From positions 832,001 through 896,000 of the forward strand of contig CAVOKF010000004.1 in the NCBI GenBank assembly GCA_963696385.1: 64,000 nt of DNA, written 5' to 3'. Every line of letters begins with the position of its first letter. Position 1 is the first letter of the stretch. Below the pieces are notes generated by a model. The model saw only the letters and a list, made by a program, of their open reading frames with translations. It had not been told where the DNA came from and ran no database searches. This document shows positions 52,132 to 63,763 of the stretch, piece by piece. The position numbers and the translations under genes were made by a program. The stretch comes from an uncultured delta proteobacterium (GTDB lineage Bacteria > Myxococcota_A > Polyangia > Polyangiales > Polyangiaceae).

Positions 52132-54111
52132 TCACGCGGGCGGCGGGCGACTGGGGGCCTTGGGTGGGCCATCGAGCACGTCACGCACCTTGCGCAGAAG
52201 CGTGTTGGGCGTAATCGGCTTTTGCAGGAATGCGATGCCGGAGTCGAGCACGCCGTGGTGTACGACCGAGTTCTCGGTGTAGCCCGATACGTACAGGACT
52301 TTCATGGCGGGTCGCAGCGGGGCCAGCCGGTCGGCGAGCTGTCGGCCCGTCATGCGCGGCATGACGACATCGGTCAACAGAAGGTGGATCGTCGCGGTGA
52401 ACTGCTCGCAGACCAAGAGCGCGTCTCCGGCGTTTTGCGCGTCGAGCACGTGGTATCCCTGCGGGCGAAGGATCGCTTGGATCGACGACCGCACCAGGTC
52501 ATCGTCCTCGACCAGCAACACGGTCTCGGTCCCCCGAAGCGTCGTCGGCGGCGGTGGCGCCGAGGGAAGCGCGGACGGATCACGGTCCGTGCACGGGAAG
52601 TACACCTTGAACGTCGTTCCGTGACCGAGCTCCGAGTAGACCCAGATGTGCCCGCCGCTTTGATCCACGATCCCGTAGACCGTCGAGAGGCCCAGGCCCG
52701 TCCCCTTGCCCACCGCTTTCGTTGTGAAAAATGGCTCGAAGATGCGCTCCCGCGTCACCGCATCCATGCCCGTCCCCGTGTCGGTCACCGCAAGCATCAC
52801 GTACGGACCGGCTTTGACGCCCCTGTGCGACGCGGCATACGCCTCGTTGAGCTGGACGTTCGCGGTCTCGATCACGAGCTTGCCGCCGGTCGGCATCGCG
52901 TCGCGCGCGTTGACCACGAGGTTGACGACGACTTGCTCCAGCTGGCCCGGGTCGACCAGAATTCGCCTCACGTCGCGCGCGCCGAGGATCGTGAGCACGA
53001 TGCCCTCTCCAATGAGGGACCGCAGGACACTGTGAAGGCCGTTGACGACCACGTTGACGTCGACCACGCTCGGCTCGAGCACCTGCTGCCTTCCGAAGGC
53101 CAAAAGCTGGCGCGTGAGCGTTGCAGCCTTCCTGGCGGCCGTGACGATGTGCTCCAGGTCGATGCGCGACGGATCGGCCGGCGATGTCTGATCGAGCAGA
53201 AGCGAGCCAAACGTCAAGATGACCGACAAGAGGTTGTTGAAGTCGTGGGCGACGCCGCCGGCCAGACGGCCGACCGCCTCGAGCTTCTGGGCCTGACGGA
53301 GCTGTTCCTCGGTGCGCCTGAGGGTCAGATCGGCCTGCTTGCGTTGTGTGATATCGCGAATGGCGGCTGTGACGACTCGGCCGCGCGGTGTGTCGGCGGG
53401 GCTCAAGCTGATTTCGACCGGAAACTCCGTGCCGTCTTTGCGGAGTCCAAAGAGTTCGAGACCCGCTCCCACGGATCGCGCGCGACCCGATCGGAAGAAC
53501 GCGTCGCGTTGCGGCCGGTGCTGCGCACGGTGGCGCTCCGGAACGAGGATCTCGATGGGGCGGTCCAGAAGCTCCTCCCGTGAATAGCCAAAAAGAGCCT
53601 CGGTTCGCGTATTGACGTACTCGATGCGGCCGTCGCTGGCGACGATCACCATCCCATCGGGGGCGGATTCGAGCAAACCGCGAAACTGCTCCTCGGCCTG
53701 TCGCTTCTGCGTTTCGGCCTGTCGCCGCGCTTCGCGGACCTTGCTCTCGCGGATCTCACGCTCGACCGCCGGCAGAAGCCGCGCGAGCTTGCCCTTCGCC
53801 AAGAAGTCGTTGGCGCCGGCCTTCAGGGCCTCCACCGCCGCGTCCTCCCCAATCGAACCGGACAAGACGATGAACGGGATGTCGAGGCCGCTGCGCTTGA
53901 GAAGGGCTAGCGCCGCCGGCGCGCTGAACGTGGGCATCGTGAAATCGGAGACGATGAGATCCCAGCTGGCGCGCTTTAGGGCCGCCGTCATCGCATCGGC
54001 GGTGTCGACGCGCTCGGATACGACGGCGTATCCCCGCGCTAGTTCGCGGATGAGCAGTTCCGCGTCGTCCACGGAGTCTTCGACGACGAGCACGCAAAGG
54101 GACCGACTCAC
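52132..54111 (-). CDS. Hybrid histidine kinase REC-PAS-HisKA-HATPase-REC
   Basis: VLVVEDS, PAS (LESAPDG...[15 protein letters not shown]), [25 protein letters not shown] and a C-terminal receiver. Confidence 0.95.
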   Translation of the reverse strand: MSRSLCVLVVEDSVDDAELLIRELARGYAVVSERVDTADAMTAALKRASWDLIVSDFTMPTFSAPAALALLKRSGLDIPFIVLSGSIGEDAAVEALKAGANDFLAKGKLARLLPAVEREIRESKVREARRQAETQKRQAEEQFRGLLESAPDGMVIVASDGRIEYVNTRTEALFGYSREELLDRPIEILVPERHRAQHRPQRDAFFRSGRARSVGAGLELFGLRKDGTEFPVEISLSPADTPRGRVVTAAIRDITQRKQADLTLRRTEEQLRQAQKLEAVGRLAGGVAHDFNNLLSVILTFGSLLLDQTSPADPSRIDLEHIVTAARKAATLTRQLLAFGRQQVLEPSVVDVNVVVNGLHSVLRSLIGEGIVLTILGARDVRRILVDPGQLEQVVVNLVVNARDAMPTGGKLVIETANVQLNEAYAASHRGVKAGPYVMLAVTDTGTGMDAVTRERIFEPFFTTKAVGKGTGLGLSTVYGIVDQSGGHIWVYSELGHGTTFKVYFPCTDRDPSALPSAPPPPTTLRGTETVLLVEDDDLVRSSIQAILRPQGYHVLDAQNAGDALLVCEQFTATIHLLLTDVVMPRMTGRQLADRLAPLRPAMKVLYVSGYTENSVVHHGVLDSGIAFLQKPITPNTLLRKVRDVLDGPPKAPSRPPPA

Positions 54112-54596
54112 GACCGTCTCCGTTCGTGATCGCCGACTGGCGCGGTCTCCCCACTCGACGGCGGACGCTCGTTCAAGACGAGCCAATACTGACCGAGCTG
54201 GCGTGCGGCCTCCAGAAATTCGCTGAAGTCCACTGGTTTGCGCACGAAACTGTTGGCGCCGAGTCGGTAGCTGGAATCGATGTCTCGCCGTTCGTTGCTC
54301 GTCGTGAGCACGACGACGGGCAGCGTGCGCGTTCGCTCGTCGGCGCGCATTCGCCGTAAGACTTCAAGACCGTCCACTTTCGGCAGCTTCAGGTCCAGCA
54401 AGACGACCGCCGGGTGCGCGGTGGGGTCACGCGTTGCGTGCGGCCCGGAGGCGAACAGGTAGCAAAGGGCCTCTTCCCCATCGCGCGCGACGACAATCTC
54501 GTGGGCGACGTGGACCTTCTGGAAAGCCCGAAGTGTGAGCGCGACGTCGTCGTCGCCGTCCTCCACGAGCAGGATGACCTTTGCGCGCAGCGTCAT
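54108..54596 (-). CDS. Single-domain response regulator
   Basis: LLVED, LLDLKLPKVDG, LTTS, GANS...KPVDF..F and YWL. Confidence 0.92.
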   Translation of the reverse strand: MTLRAKVILLVEDGDDDVALTLRAFQKVHVAHEIVVARDGEEALCYLFASGPHATRDPTAHPAVVLLDLKLPKVDGLEVLRRMRADERTRTLPVVVLTTSNERRDIDSSYRLGANSFVRKPVDFSEFLEAARQLGQYWLVLNERPPSSGETAPVGDHERRRS

Positions 54597-56569
54597 GACG
54601 GATTCTCTCGGCGACTCGCCGGTAGAGTCCACCAAAACGCCGCGCCACGGCCGACCGCGCCGTCGGCCCATACGCGTCCGCCGTGACGGTCCACGATGCG
54701 CCAGACGATGGCGAGACCCACGCCGGTGCCGGGAAACTCCTTTTCGGTGTGAAGCCGCCGAAACGGGGCAAAGAGCTTGCTGGCGTAGGCCGGATCGAAG
54801 CCCGCACCGTTGTCCTTGACGAAAAAAGTCGGGGTTGGGTCTTGCTCGACGGATCCGAACTCGACCCTCGGCGTCGCCGTCTTTCGAGTGAACTTCCAGG
54901 CGTTGCCGAGCAGGTTTTCGAGGACGATCTCGATGAGATTCGGATCCACTTCCGCGAAAGCGTGGCCCTCCGCGACGAACGTGACGGCGTGTCCGGGATC
55001 CGACTTCGTCAGCCGATCGGCAATCCGGTGCGCTATCGGCGCGAGATCCACGCGCGCACGAACGAGGTCCGCGCGGTCGATGCGCGACAGCTCCAGCAGA
55101 TCGTCGATGAGGCGCGCCATTCGCTGCGCCGCCGCGCGGATGCGTTGCAAGTGGCCACGACCGTTCGCGTCGAGCTGGCTCGCGCAGTCTTCCATCAACG
55201 CCTGACTGAACCCGTCGATGCTTCGCAGCGGGGCGCGCAGATCGTGCGATACCGAGTAACTGAACGCCTCGAGCTCGGCATTTTTGCGACGAAGATCCTC
55301 CGCGAGCGCCGCCCGTGTCTCGGCGAGCTCGCGAGCGGCGCGCGCTTCGGTCGCCTCCACTTCGGTGCGCAGCAGTCGCTCGCGAATCTGCCGCGTCTCG
55401 TCCTCGAATTGTTTGCGGCGCATCTGAGCGAACACGCGGGCTTTGAGGACCGCGAAGTCGCTGGACTTGGCAATGTAGTCGTCGGCGCCGGCGTCGAGGC
55501 CGCGAATCATCGTGTCGCGGTCTTCGAGCGCGGTAAGCAAGATGACCGGGATGTCTCGGATGCCCTGGGCGCCCTTGATCTGGCGGCATGTGGCTTCGCC
55601 TCCCAGGCCGGGCATGACGACGTCGAGAAGGATGCAATCGACGGGCTGGGCCGCGAGCAGATCGAGCGCCTCCTCGCCCGACCGCGCGAGAGCCACGTCA
55701 AACCCGGCGTCACGCAGGACCGATGAGAGCATCTGCAAGTACGTGTTGCTGTCGTCCACCGCCAGAATCTTCTTCGGTCCCGCCAGGCTCGCCGGAACGT
55801 TCTCGGGGACCTGGGGGGTCGCGGCTCGCAGGATGGCACCCAGCCGCGCGAGAATCACGTCGAGCCGCTCGTCCTTGCGCACGAACCCGTCCGCCCCGGC
55901 GTCCAGCGCGCGCAGCTCGGCACCTCCCTCATCGGACGCCGTGAGCAACAAGCAGGGGATGTGGCGGAGCGCCGCGTCGAGGCGTATCCGACGAATGACG
56001 GTCGCGCCGTCGATTCCGGGCATCACGCCGTCGACGATGACGGCGTGGGGGCGGGCCGCCGCCGCGAGACGCAGCCCCTCCTCGCCCGTCGGCGCGCAAA
56101 GCACCCGGTAGGACCCGGATTCGAGCGCGCCTCGGAGCACCTGCCGGAACGTGAGGCTGTCGTCGATGAGAAGGACAACGCGCTCTTCCGACGGGACCTG
56201 GGATCGGCGCATCAGCTCGAGCGCTCGGGCCACGACGTAGCGGACCTCGTACGGCTTTCCGACGTAGTCGTCTGCGCCGGTCGACAGTCCACGAATGCGA
56301 TCGTGGACCTCCGCTTCCGTCGACAGAAGCATGACGCCCATCCCGGCCGTCGTCGTCGATGTCCGAATCTGCTCGAGCAGATCCACGCCGTTGCCGTCGG
56401 GCAACAACACGTCGAGAATCGCCACGGCGAACCGCTCCTCGCGCAGGGCGGTCTGCGCATCGGCGGCGGTCGCGCAGGCCACCACGTCGAGACCGGCGGC
56501 CCCGAGGGCTTCGGTGAGATCCATTCGGACCGTCAGGCTGTCGTCGACCACCAGGACGTCGTGGGTCAT
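54593..56569 (-). CDS. Histidine kinase with three N-terminal receiver domains
   Basis: Three REC units (VVDDS, LIDDS, AVDDS), then SVSHDLRAPLR, NAWKFT, DNGAGF and GTGVGL. Confidence 0.93.
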   Translation of the reverse strand: MTHDVLVVDDSLTVRMDLTEALGAAGLDVVACATAADAQTALREERFAVAILDVLLPDGNGVDLLEQIRTSTTTAGMGVMLLSTEAEVHDRIRGLSTGADDYVGKPYEVRYVVARALELMRRSQVPSEERVVLLIDDSLTFRQVLRGALESGSYRVLCAPTGEEGLRLAAAARPHAVIVDGVMPGIDGATVIRRIRLDAALRHIPCLLLTASDEGGAELRALDAGADGFVRKDERLDVILARLGAILRAATPQVPENVPASLAGPKKILAVDDSNTYLQMLSSVLRDAGFDVALARSGEEALDLLAAQPVDCILLDVVMPGLGGEATCRQIKGAQGIRDIPVILLTALEDRDTMIRGLDAGADDYIAKSSDFAVLKARVFAQMRRKQFEDETRQIRERLLRTEVEATEARAARELAETRAALAEDLRRKNAELEAFSYSVSHDLRAPLRSIDGFSQALMEDCASQLDANGRGHLQRIRAAAQRMARLIDDLLELSRIDRADLVRARVDLAPIAHRIADRLTKSDPGHAVTFVAEGHAFAEVDPNLIEIVLENLLGNAWKFTRKTATPRVEFGSVEQDPTPTFFVKDNGAGFDPAYASKLFAPFRRLHTEKEFPGTGVGLAIVWRIVDRHGGRVWADGAVGRGAAFWWTLPASRRENPS

Positions 56570-57645
56570 CGCGTTCCCCTGCTTCCCCTGAGAGGCAGAC
56601 CCTGCGCGGCCAGGGCGAGACTCGGACCGATCTGGTCGAGCGGCAGCACCCTGTCCACAGCCTGCAGGATCACGGCTTCGCGCGGCATGCCGTAGACGAC
56701 GGAGGTGGCCTCGTCCTGCGCCAAGGTCAACCCACCGGCCCGGCGGATCGCCAGAAGCCCGGAGGCTCCGTCCCGTCCCATGCCCGTCAGAAGGCACGCG
56801 ACCGTGGCGGGTCCCATCTCGCGCGCCAGCGACTCGAACAGCACGTCCACGCTCGGACGACACGAGTGCCGTTCGGGCGCGTACGTCAAACGCAGCCGAC
56901 CGTCCTCGACCACCAAATGCCGGTCCGGCGGCGCCATGGCGACACGCCCCGCGAGCGACTCCAGCCGATCTCCATCGCGGGCGTGGCCGACGGGCATCTC
57001 CGACTGACTATCGAGCCACTCGGCGAACGCCGTGCTGAACGGGTCGCCGATGTGGATGACGAGCAAGACCGGTACGGCAAGAGGGGCCGTGAGCGACCGA
57101 AAAATGTCCACGACGGCGGCGGGTCCACCCGTGGATGCGCCCACGGCAATCACCCGGCAGCCGTCTTGGGGGGTCGCCGCCGCCGAAGAGGGCAACGTCC
57201 CCACGCGGCCAAGCGCCGCCAGCCGCGCTCGCGGATGCGTGATCACGCGGATGCGCGAGACCAGCTTGACCGTCGAACGCAGCCGATTCTCCCACTGCCC
57301 GTCGGGCTCGCTGCCGCGCGGCTTTTCGAGGACGTCCACGGCGCCCGCGGCCAGAGCTTCGTAGGTCTGGAAGAGTTCACCCCGGTTGGTGGAGGCCGAG
57401 ACGATGAGGATCGGTGTGGGGAAGTGAGCCATGATGTGCTCGGTCGCGGCCAAGCCGCTGACGCGGGGCAGAATCATGTCCAGCGTCACGACGTCGGGTC
57501 GCAGCTTTGCGCAGAGCTCGATGGCCTCGACTCCGTCGACGGCCTCCGCGACGACCTCGCAGTCGGGGTCCCCCGCGAGCACCTCGACCAGGCGCTTGCG
57601 AACGGTGACCGAGTCTTCCACGACGAGGACACGCACTTTGCCCAT
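56566..57645 (-). CDS. cheB: Chemotaxis methylesterase with receiver domain
   Basis: REC plus GASTGGP, VIH, RPSVD.LF, LTGMGRDG and QDE.TS.VYGMP. Confidence 0.95.
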   Translation of the reverse strand: MGKVRVLVVEDSVTVRKRLVEVLAGDPDCEVVAEAVDGVEAIELCAKLRPDVVTLDMILPRVSGLAATEHIMAHFPTPILIVSASTNRGELFQTYEALAAGAVDVLEKPRGSEPDGQWENRLRSTVKLVSRIRVITHPRARLAALGRVGTLPSSAAATPQDGCRVIAVGASTGGPAAVVDIFRSLTAPLAVPVLLVIHIGDPFSTAFAEWLDSQSEMPVGHARDGDRLESLAGRVAMAPPDRHLVVEDGRLRLTYAPERHSCRPSVDVLFESLAREMGPATVACLLTGMGRDGASGLLAIRRAGGLTLAQDEATSVVYGMPREAVILQAVDRVLPLDQIGPSLALAAQGLPLRGSRGTR

Positions 57646-57648
57646 AGG

Positions 57649-59710
57649 TCACCCGATGATCCCCCGAATCAGCTGCAGAAGGTGGCCTTGATCGAACTCG
57701 CCCTTGACCATGTAAGCACGCGCTCCGACGTCGCGACCCCTTTGTCGGTCGGCTTCGGACAATCGCGACGTGAGCAAGATGGCGGGAGTCTCCCGCAGAA
57801 CGGGGTCCGCGCGGGTCCGGGCCACGAAATCGAAGCCGTCGATCCCGGGCATCTCGACATCGACGATGAAGACGCCATAGCGCCGTGCCGCGGCTTTCCC
57901 CAGAGCCTCCTCGGCAGAAGCTGCCAGGTCGACTTCGAAGCCCGCGGACTCGAGAATGCTCTGTTCGAGCATCCGGGTGGTCAACGAATCGTCCACGACG
58001 AGCAGCGGTGGGCGCCGCGCCGCGTCCCAATCGACGTACGCCGCCGCTTCGACGCGCACGGCAGTTACGAGCCTTTCGGGGTCGAGCACCAGCTGCGGAT
58101 GGCCCTCCGCATCGAGCGACGCTCCCGCGACGATGGGTTCGGCGGCCGCTTCAGCGGGAACCGGCCTGACAATCACGCTTTCTATACCGAGCAGGCGGTC
58201 GACCCCCACGGCGGCGAGTGCCGATCCCGACCCCACGACCACAGCCGAGCGGGCGCCGCTAGGGCGTGCGGAAGCGTGCTTGAACAGAGCGGTCGACAGA
58301 AACGCAAAGGGGATGGCCTGGCCGTCGTGCAGGATCGAATCGTGGTCTCCGGATCGGACCACGTCCGAGTCGTTGAGGCGCAGCGTCCGCTGCACGCTCT
58401 CGAGGGGGATCGACGCCGCCGTGTCGCCCATCTCCACCCTGAGCACGGGCAGCGACGAGAGAGCGACGGGAACGCAAATCTCGAGGGTTGTGCCGCGACC
58501 TCGCTCGCTGTGTGCCGTGACGTCGGCCTTGAGACGCGCGGCCGTCTCGCGCACGGCGTCCAAACCGATGCCTCGTCCGGAGACCTCGGTGACGGTCCGG
58601 GTGGTCGTCAATCCGCCCCTGAGAATGAGCTCGACAGCGCGGTCTAGACTGAGACTGGCCGCTTCGGCGGCCGAAAGCAGACCCCGCGACAGGGCAACAC
58701 GACGCAAGGCGTCGACATCGATTCCACGACCGTCGTCGCGGCATCGAAAGACGACCCGAGCGCCGCGACGCTCCACTTCGACGTCCACCCTTCCCACGGG
58801 CGGCTTGCCCGACAGGACGCGCTCGGACGGGGCCTCGATGCCGTGGGCCACGGCGTTTCGAACGAGTTGGAGAAGCACATCGCGCAGCGCCAGAAGAACA
58901 TGCGCGTCGAGTCGGTGTGTGCCGCCGGACGTGTGAAAGCCCACGCTCTTGTGGAGCGACTGCGCCGCGTCCTGGCACACACGTTCCAGCGGCGCGAAGA
59001 CGGAGCTGGCGGGAAGAAGCCGCAGGCGATTGGCGGCATCCCGGACTGCGGAGAGTTCGCGAGCGGCCTGAGCGGCTCCGGAGGACACACTTCGCTGAAT
59101 ACCCCCGAGCGAGCGCAGCAGCTCCTCGGCGAGACCGCGGGCCCTGGCGGCCGAGGGGCTTCCCGCGGGCGATCCGGATTCATCGAGCCGACGCGGACTG
59201 AACAGATCGACGAGAAGCTGAGCGGCCCGTTCCGCGCGCTCGAGAGCCGCTCCCTCGTTCTGCAGGCCACGGACCTGCACCGTCGCCTCGGCGACGCCCT
59301 CGAGCAGAATCGTTCATCTCGCCCACTTCGACGCGGACGGTTTCAAGCGTTTCCTCGGCTCGCGCCGCCCGGGGCAGCGCTCCGTCCCCGTCGCCGGGCG
59401 CGTCGATCGAGCCGATTCTCTTTCGCAGGGCGTTCAGGACCCCGAGCACCCCTGCCACCTCATCGTGAGGCATCGGCCGCGAGCCGTCGCGATAGGGCTC
59501 GAGAGCCCCCTCGAGGGCATGCGTCTGCTCGGCGACGTCAGCGAGCTTGACGACGCGCGAGGCCCCTTTGAGCGTATGCGCGAGGCGCAGCAGACGCGGG
59601 ACCAGTTCCTTGTCGCGCGTGTCCTTCTCGAGCTGGATCAGGCCCTCGCCCAAGCCGTCCAGGAGCTCGCGAGCCTCGATGCGGAAGTATTTGTAGGGGT
59701 CGGTGGACAC
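57649..59710 (-). CDS. cheA: CheA-type hybrid kinase (Hpt-HATPase-CheW-REC), +1 frameshift near 59308
   Basis: Hpt AHTLKG in 59180-59710; RNAVAHGIE, DDGRGID, SGRGIGLD, CheW and REC domains in 57649-59280. Removing one base joins MND to LLEGVAEA. Confidence 0.92.
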
Positions 59711-59712
59711 GC

Positions 59713-61185
59713 CTAGACATCCGCCCTGGCCTGGATGATCTTGGACAAATCGCGGGACAGGCCCGCCAGTTGGGTCGCGGTCTGCAGCGTCTGGTTCGAG
59801 CTGGCCTCGGTCTCCTTGGTCGCTTGGGCGACGTTCGAGATCGCCACGTTGACTTGCTCCACGGCCGTCGTCTGCTGTTTGGTGCTGAGCTCGATTTCGC
59901 GCGCCGCATCGCTCGTCGTCCCCACGAGGCCGGCGATCTGTTGAAATGCGGAGGTCACGTCCTTGAACTGCCGCGCTCCCGCGTCGACGGCCTTGGTACC
60001 GCTTTCGGTGGCCATCACAGTCGTGTTCACCGCGGCGCGAATGTCTTCGATGACTCCTCGGATTTCCTTGGTGGACCCGGCGACACGATCGGCCAGTTTG
60101 CGGATCTCGTCGGCCACCACGGCGAAGCGCCTTCCGGCCTCTCCGGCACCGGCTGCCTCGATCGTCGCGTTGATGGAGAGAATATTCGTCTGCTCGGACA
60201 GTTCGTTGATGATCTCCAAGATGCCTCCGGCCTGTTGCGACTTCTTGCCGAGCTCGAGCATGTGCCCGACGATGACATCGACCTGGCGTTTGATGGTGGC
60301 GATCCCTTCTTGCGCTTGCTGCACGGCCTGACTGCCGGCCCGCGCTCCCCCGGCCGTCTCCTCGGCGATGCGCGCCACGCGCTGTGCGCTCTCCGCGATT
60401 TGCTTGGAGGTCGCGAGCAGCTCGCGGATGGTCGTCGACACCTCGCTCGTCGCCGACGACTGTTCGCGTGAACCGCTCGCCTGCTGGGTGGCGGCCGCCT
60501 GAAGCTCGGTCGAAGAGCTTCGCATGCTGGAGATGGCGCGTCCGAGTTGCTGATGGAGCGATCGCGCGATGGCGATCCCCGCAACGGACACGAACGCCAC
60601 GCCGAGCAGCGCTCCGAGCGAGATGGTCGTCTTGGCGGCGCTGGCGCTCGCCTCCGCGGACTCGCTTCGCTCTCGAAGCAGATCGCGTTCCTCCCGATCC
60701 ATCGTCCCGAGCACCGCGCGCAAGTCATCCATCGACTTCTTGCCTTCGTTCGTCAGGACGACTTTCAGCGCGGCATCGAGCCCGGCCCCGCGCCGCAAGT
60801 CGATGGTGCGTTTGAGCTCGCTCAGTTTCGCCTGGATGAAGGAGTCGGCCTGGTCGATGCGCTCCTGCTGCCGCGGGTTGTCCCCCGTGAGGCCCCGAAG
60901 GCTCGACAGGACCGGCCCGTAGGACGCGAGCGCTGCGTGGTAGGGCTCGAGGTACGAATCGTCGTTCGTGAGAACAAAGCCGCGCTGACCGGTCTCGGCA
61001 TCCTTCATGATCGACAAGATGCGCGCCAAATCTTCGACAATCGCGTGGGTGTGGGACACCTTTCGGTCGTTGTCGATGAGCTGATCGGTGCTGCGATACG
61101 AGACGATGCACACCACCAGCAGAATGGCGACCGACAGTCCGAACCCCAACCCGATTTTCCGCCCGAACGTCCATGAATCGGCCAC
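59713..61185 (-). CDS. Methyl-accepting chemotaxis protein with CHASE3 sensor
   Basis: Two TM helices flanking [11 protein letters not shown]...YLEPY and GK..MD; signalling hairpin QTNIL.INA.IEAA.AGE.G..FAVVA.EIRKLA. Confidence 0.95.
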   Translation of the reverse strand: MADSWTFGRKIGLGFGLSVAILLVVCIVSYRSTDQLIDNDRKVSHTHAIVEDLARILSIMKDAETGQRGFVLTNDDSYLEPYHAALASYGPVLSSLRGLTGDNPRQQERIDQADSFIQAKLSELKRTIDLRRGAGLDAALKVVLTNEGKKSMDDLRAVLGTMDREERDLLRERSESAEASASAAKTTISLGALLGVAFVSVAGIAIARSLHQQLGRAISSMRSSSTELQAAATQQASGSREQSSATSEVSTTIRELLATSKQIAESAQRVARIAEETAGGARAGSQAVQQAQEGIATIKRQVDVIVGHMLELGKKSQQAGGILEIINELSEQTNILSINATIEAAGAGEAGRRFAVVADEIRKLADRVAGSTKEIRGVIEDIRAAVNTTVMATESGTKAVDAGARQFKDVTSAFQQIAGLVGTTSDAAREIELSTKQQTTAVEQVNVAISNVAQATKETEASSNQTLQTATQLAGLSRDLSKIIQARADV

Positions 61186-61188
61186 GGT

Positions 61189-61728
61189 TCAGTGCTCCTT
61201 GCTTGGGCCGACGGGGTCGGCGTTGACCTTCAGTGCCAGGACGGCTGCGCGAACGTCAATCACGGGTCGCGCGAGCTCGCCCACGCGCGCCACGTGCTGC
61301 ACGTGGGGGCGAACCTCGCCGCTATCCACAGCGTGCACGTCCTCTCGACGCACCCGCAGGACGCCCTCCCACTGCTCGAACCCGAGCGCCATCGATTCGA
61401 CCCCCCTAGAAAGGGCGAGCCACGACAACGCCGAATCGCCGCGCGAGTAGCCGAGTAGAACCGCAAGACTGCAGACGGGGATCAAGCTGCCCCGGATCCC
61501 CGCAATTCCGGTCACGGCTGCGTTTCGACTCGGAAGCGCGGCGATCCTCCGAGCGGCCGCGAGTCCGGACAGCTCGGTGAGCCGCAGGGCGTAGGGGTCG
61601 CCCGCCACCCGAATGGCGAGCAGGTCTTCCGCGGCGTCTACGGTGCCGAGAGAAGCGCCGGCAAAGCTGCGATCGAAGGCTCGTCGCAGGTCGATCACGT
61701 GCTGTTCGAGCGCGATGGGGGTCGTCAC
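61189..61728 (-). CDS. cheW: CheW-like adaptor
   Basis: LR.AFD.SF, YAL.L, G.AG.RG...PV..L; GTGA overlap with cheR. Confidence 0.85.
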   Translation of the reverse strand: MTTPIALEQHVIDLRRAFDRSFAGASLGTVDAAEDLLAIRVAGDPYALRLTELSGLAAARRIAALPSRNAAVTGIAGIRGSLIPVCSLAVLLGYSRGDSALSWLALSRGVESMALGFEQWEGVLRVRREDVHAVDSGEVRPHVQHVARVGELARPVIDVRAAVLALKVNADPVGPSKEH

Positions 61729-63263
61729 GCTCGGCCCCGACAAGCCCTTAGCTCCGATCGACAGAGATCGATGAGAGCGTCGCGCGTGAATCCTCCCCCG
61801 AAGAGAAGAATGCGGGAGGGGTCTTCGTGGCCGAGCAGATGGATCGCACGGCTGAGCTCGTCGCGGGCACGCTCGACGTCTCCGGTACGCCGCGCGAGCA
61901 GACCCATTTGAAGATGCGGCATGGCGAATCCGGCATCCAGGTAGGTCGCGATTCGAGCGTGTTCGGCCGCCGCGACGCGGTCGCCTGCGTGATCGCGGCA
62001 CAGCGCCATCAGGTAGTGGGCCCCTGCGTTGAGATCGTCGGCCAAGAGGATCTGTCGACAGACCTGCTCGGCTTCGGCGAGTTGTCCCGCGTTGGTGAGA
62101 AGCACGGCGCGCAGCAGCTGCGCCTCCGGGTCGACGCGCGAAGCCGTCGGCAAGGCCTGCAGCAGACTCATCGCTTCCAAAAAACGCTCTTGGCGAAGCA
62201 ATTCGACCGTGGGCTCGAGATCCACCTCGGTGCGATCGACCGGGGGCGCGGCAGGCGTTGGGTCGGGCGGGCCCGAGAGTCGTCGCGACTCTCCGGCCAT
62301 TCTCGCGATGCGCTCCGAAGCGTTCTGGATCACCTCCACCCAAGACGAACCGTCCCCCAAAAGCGACCCGGGCGACGGATCGGGCTCTGGATTCAATCCG
62401 ACTTTGGGCCCGAGAGCGTGCGCGGGCACGACCGAGTCCTGCAAGGGGTCTCGACGCCGGTAATAGAACGTCCCGTGCGTGTGACACAACTGGAAGGCAT
62501 GGGAAATCCCGCGCAGGGTCTCGGCATGACCCAAAAACAGAAAGCCGCCGGCGCAAAGCGATCGGGCAAGACGCGCAATGACGGCCGCCCGCACTTCGGG
62601 TGTGAAATACATAATGACATTTCTGCAAAATACGATGTCGAACACCTCCGGTTGCCAAAAGGAGGGGGTGTCTTCGAGCAGATTTCGCTCCTCGAAGGAC
62701 ACCATCGTACGCACGGCGTCGTCGAGCCAAAAATCTCGACCGTCCATGCGAAAGTAGCGATGGCGGGTCTCGACGGGCGTTTCACGCAACGACCAGGCCG
62801 AATACCGCCCCCGAACGGCCTTTTCGATCATCGCGGGATTGACGTCGATTCCCCATAAACCGATGTCCCAAGAGGCGGGATCGGGCAAGTGCTCCCGCAC
62901 TACAATCGCGATGGAGTGCGCCTCGTCGCCCGAAGCGCAGCCCGCGGAAAGGATTCGCAAGGCACGGCGGGACCTTTGGGCCTGGACACGGGCCGGCAGC
63001 GCGACTTCCCGTAGCGCGCGAAACTGCTCCACGTGCCGGAAGAAATACGTTTCGCCCACCGTGAGCTCCTGAGCCAGAAACCGCATTTCGGCGGCGCCGT
63101 TCGCGGTCTCGAGCCGTGCGAGGTAGGCATCGACCTGGTCGGCCGGCGCGCGGCCTCGCAGAAGCTCTGCGACCGCCGGAGTCTTGTCTTCGTCGATCTG
63201 CAACCCGAGTTGTCGTTCCACGATCGCAACGAAGTGCGCGACGCCGCCGTCGAGCGTGGTCAT
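61725..63263 (-). CDS. cheR: CheR methyltransferase with C-terminal TPRs
   Basis: TVGETYFFR, SAGCASGDE, FDIVFCRNV.MYF, GG.LFLGHAE and a TPR tail. Confidence 0.93.
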   Translation of the reverse strand: MTTLDGGVAHFVAIVERQLGLQIDEDKTPAVAELLRGRAPADQVDAYLARLETANGAAEMRFLAQELTVGETYFFRHVEQFRALREVALPARVQAQRSRRALRILSAGCASGDEAHSIAIVVREHLPDPASWDIGLWGIDVNPAMIEKAVRGRYSAWSLRETPVETRHRYFRMDGRDFWLDDAVRTMVSFEERNLLEDTPSFWQPEVFDIVFCRNVIMYFTPEVRAAVIARLARSLCAGGFLFLGHAETLRGISHAFQLCHTHGTFYYRRRDPLQDSVVPAHALGPKVGLNPEPDPSPGSLLGDGSSWVEVIQNASERIARMAGESRRLSGPPDPTPAAPPVDRTEVDLEPTVELLRQERFLEAMSLLQALPTASRVDPEAQLLRAVLLTNAGQLAEAEQVCRQILLADDLNAGAHYLMALCRDHAGDRVAAAEHARIATYLDAGFAMPHLQMGLLARRTGDVERARDELSRAIHLLGHEDPSRILLFGGGFTRDALIDLCRSELRACRGRA

Positions 63264-63763
63264 CGCGCCAGCGCCTGCGGCGCGATCGCCTGCCACACCG
63301 ACTCGGGGACGATGCGAACGGCCTCGAGCACCCACAGCAGCGCCGCATCGAGGGTCCCGACCGCAGCAACGAAGTCGGCACCCGTGCTCGACAGCAGTGG
63401 CGGCAGCACGCCCGCGCTGGTGACCGGAAAGTCGCGGACTCCTTCGACCGCCTCGACCGCCATCACGATGCTGCGCTCGCCGACCCGCAGGGCTACCCAA
63501 CGGCCGGGTTCCATCCCAGGGAGGCCCAACAGCCGGCCCGCGTCGACGACCGGCACCGGCAATCCCCGGACGACCGCCAAGCCCTGAACGAAAGCCGGCG
63601 CGTGGGGGACGGGTGCGATGGCCATCGGACGCATCGTCTCGATGACGTGACCGATTGGAAATGCCAAGCGGCTCGTCCCCTGTCGGCAGAGAAGCGTTCG
63701 CGCCAAGGCTGGCGGCGCTTCGATCAGGACGCTTGCTGAGGCCGGTATCCCCACTTGCACCAT
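63260..63763 (-). CDS. cheW: CheW-like adaptor
   Basis: V.ETMRP....VP.AP.FV.GL..VRG..VPVVD. Confidence 0.88.
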   Translation of the reverse strand: MVQVGIPASASVLIEAPPALARTLLCRQGTSRLAFPIGHVIETMRPMAIAPVPHAPAFVQGLAVVRGLPVPVVDAGRLLGLPGMEPGRWVALRVGERSIVMAVEAVEGVRDFPVTSAGVLPPLLSSTGADFVAAVGTLDAALLWVLEAVRIVPESVWQAIAPQALAR

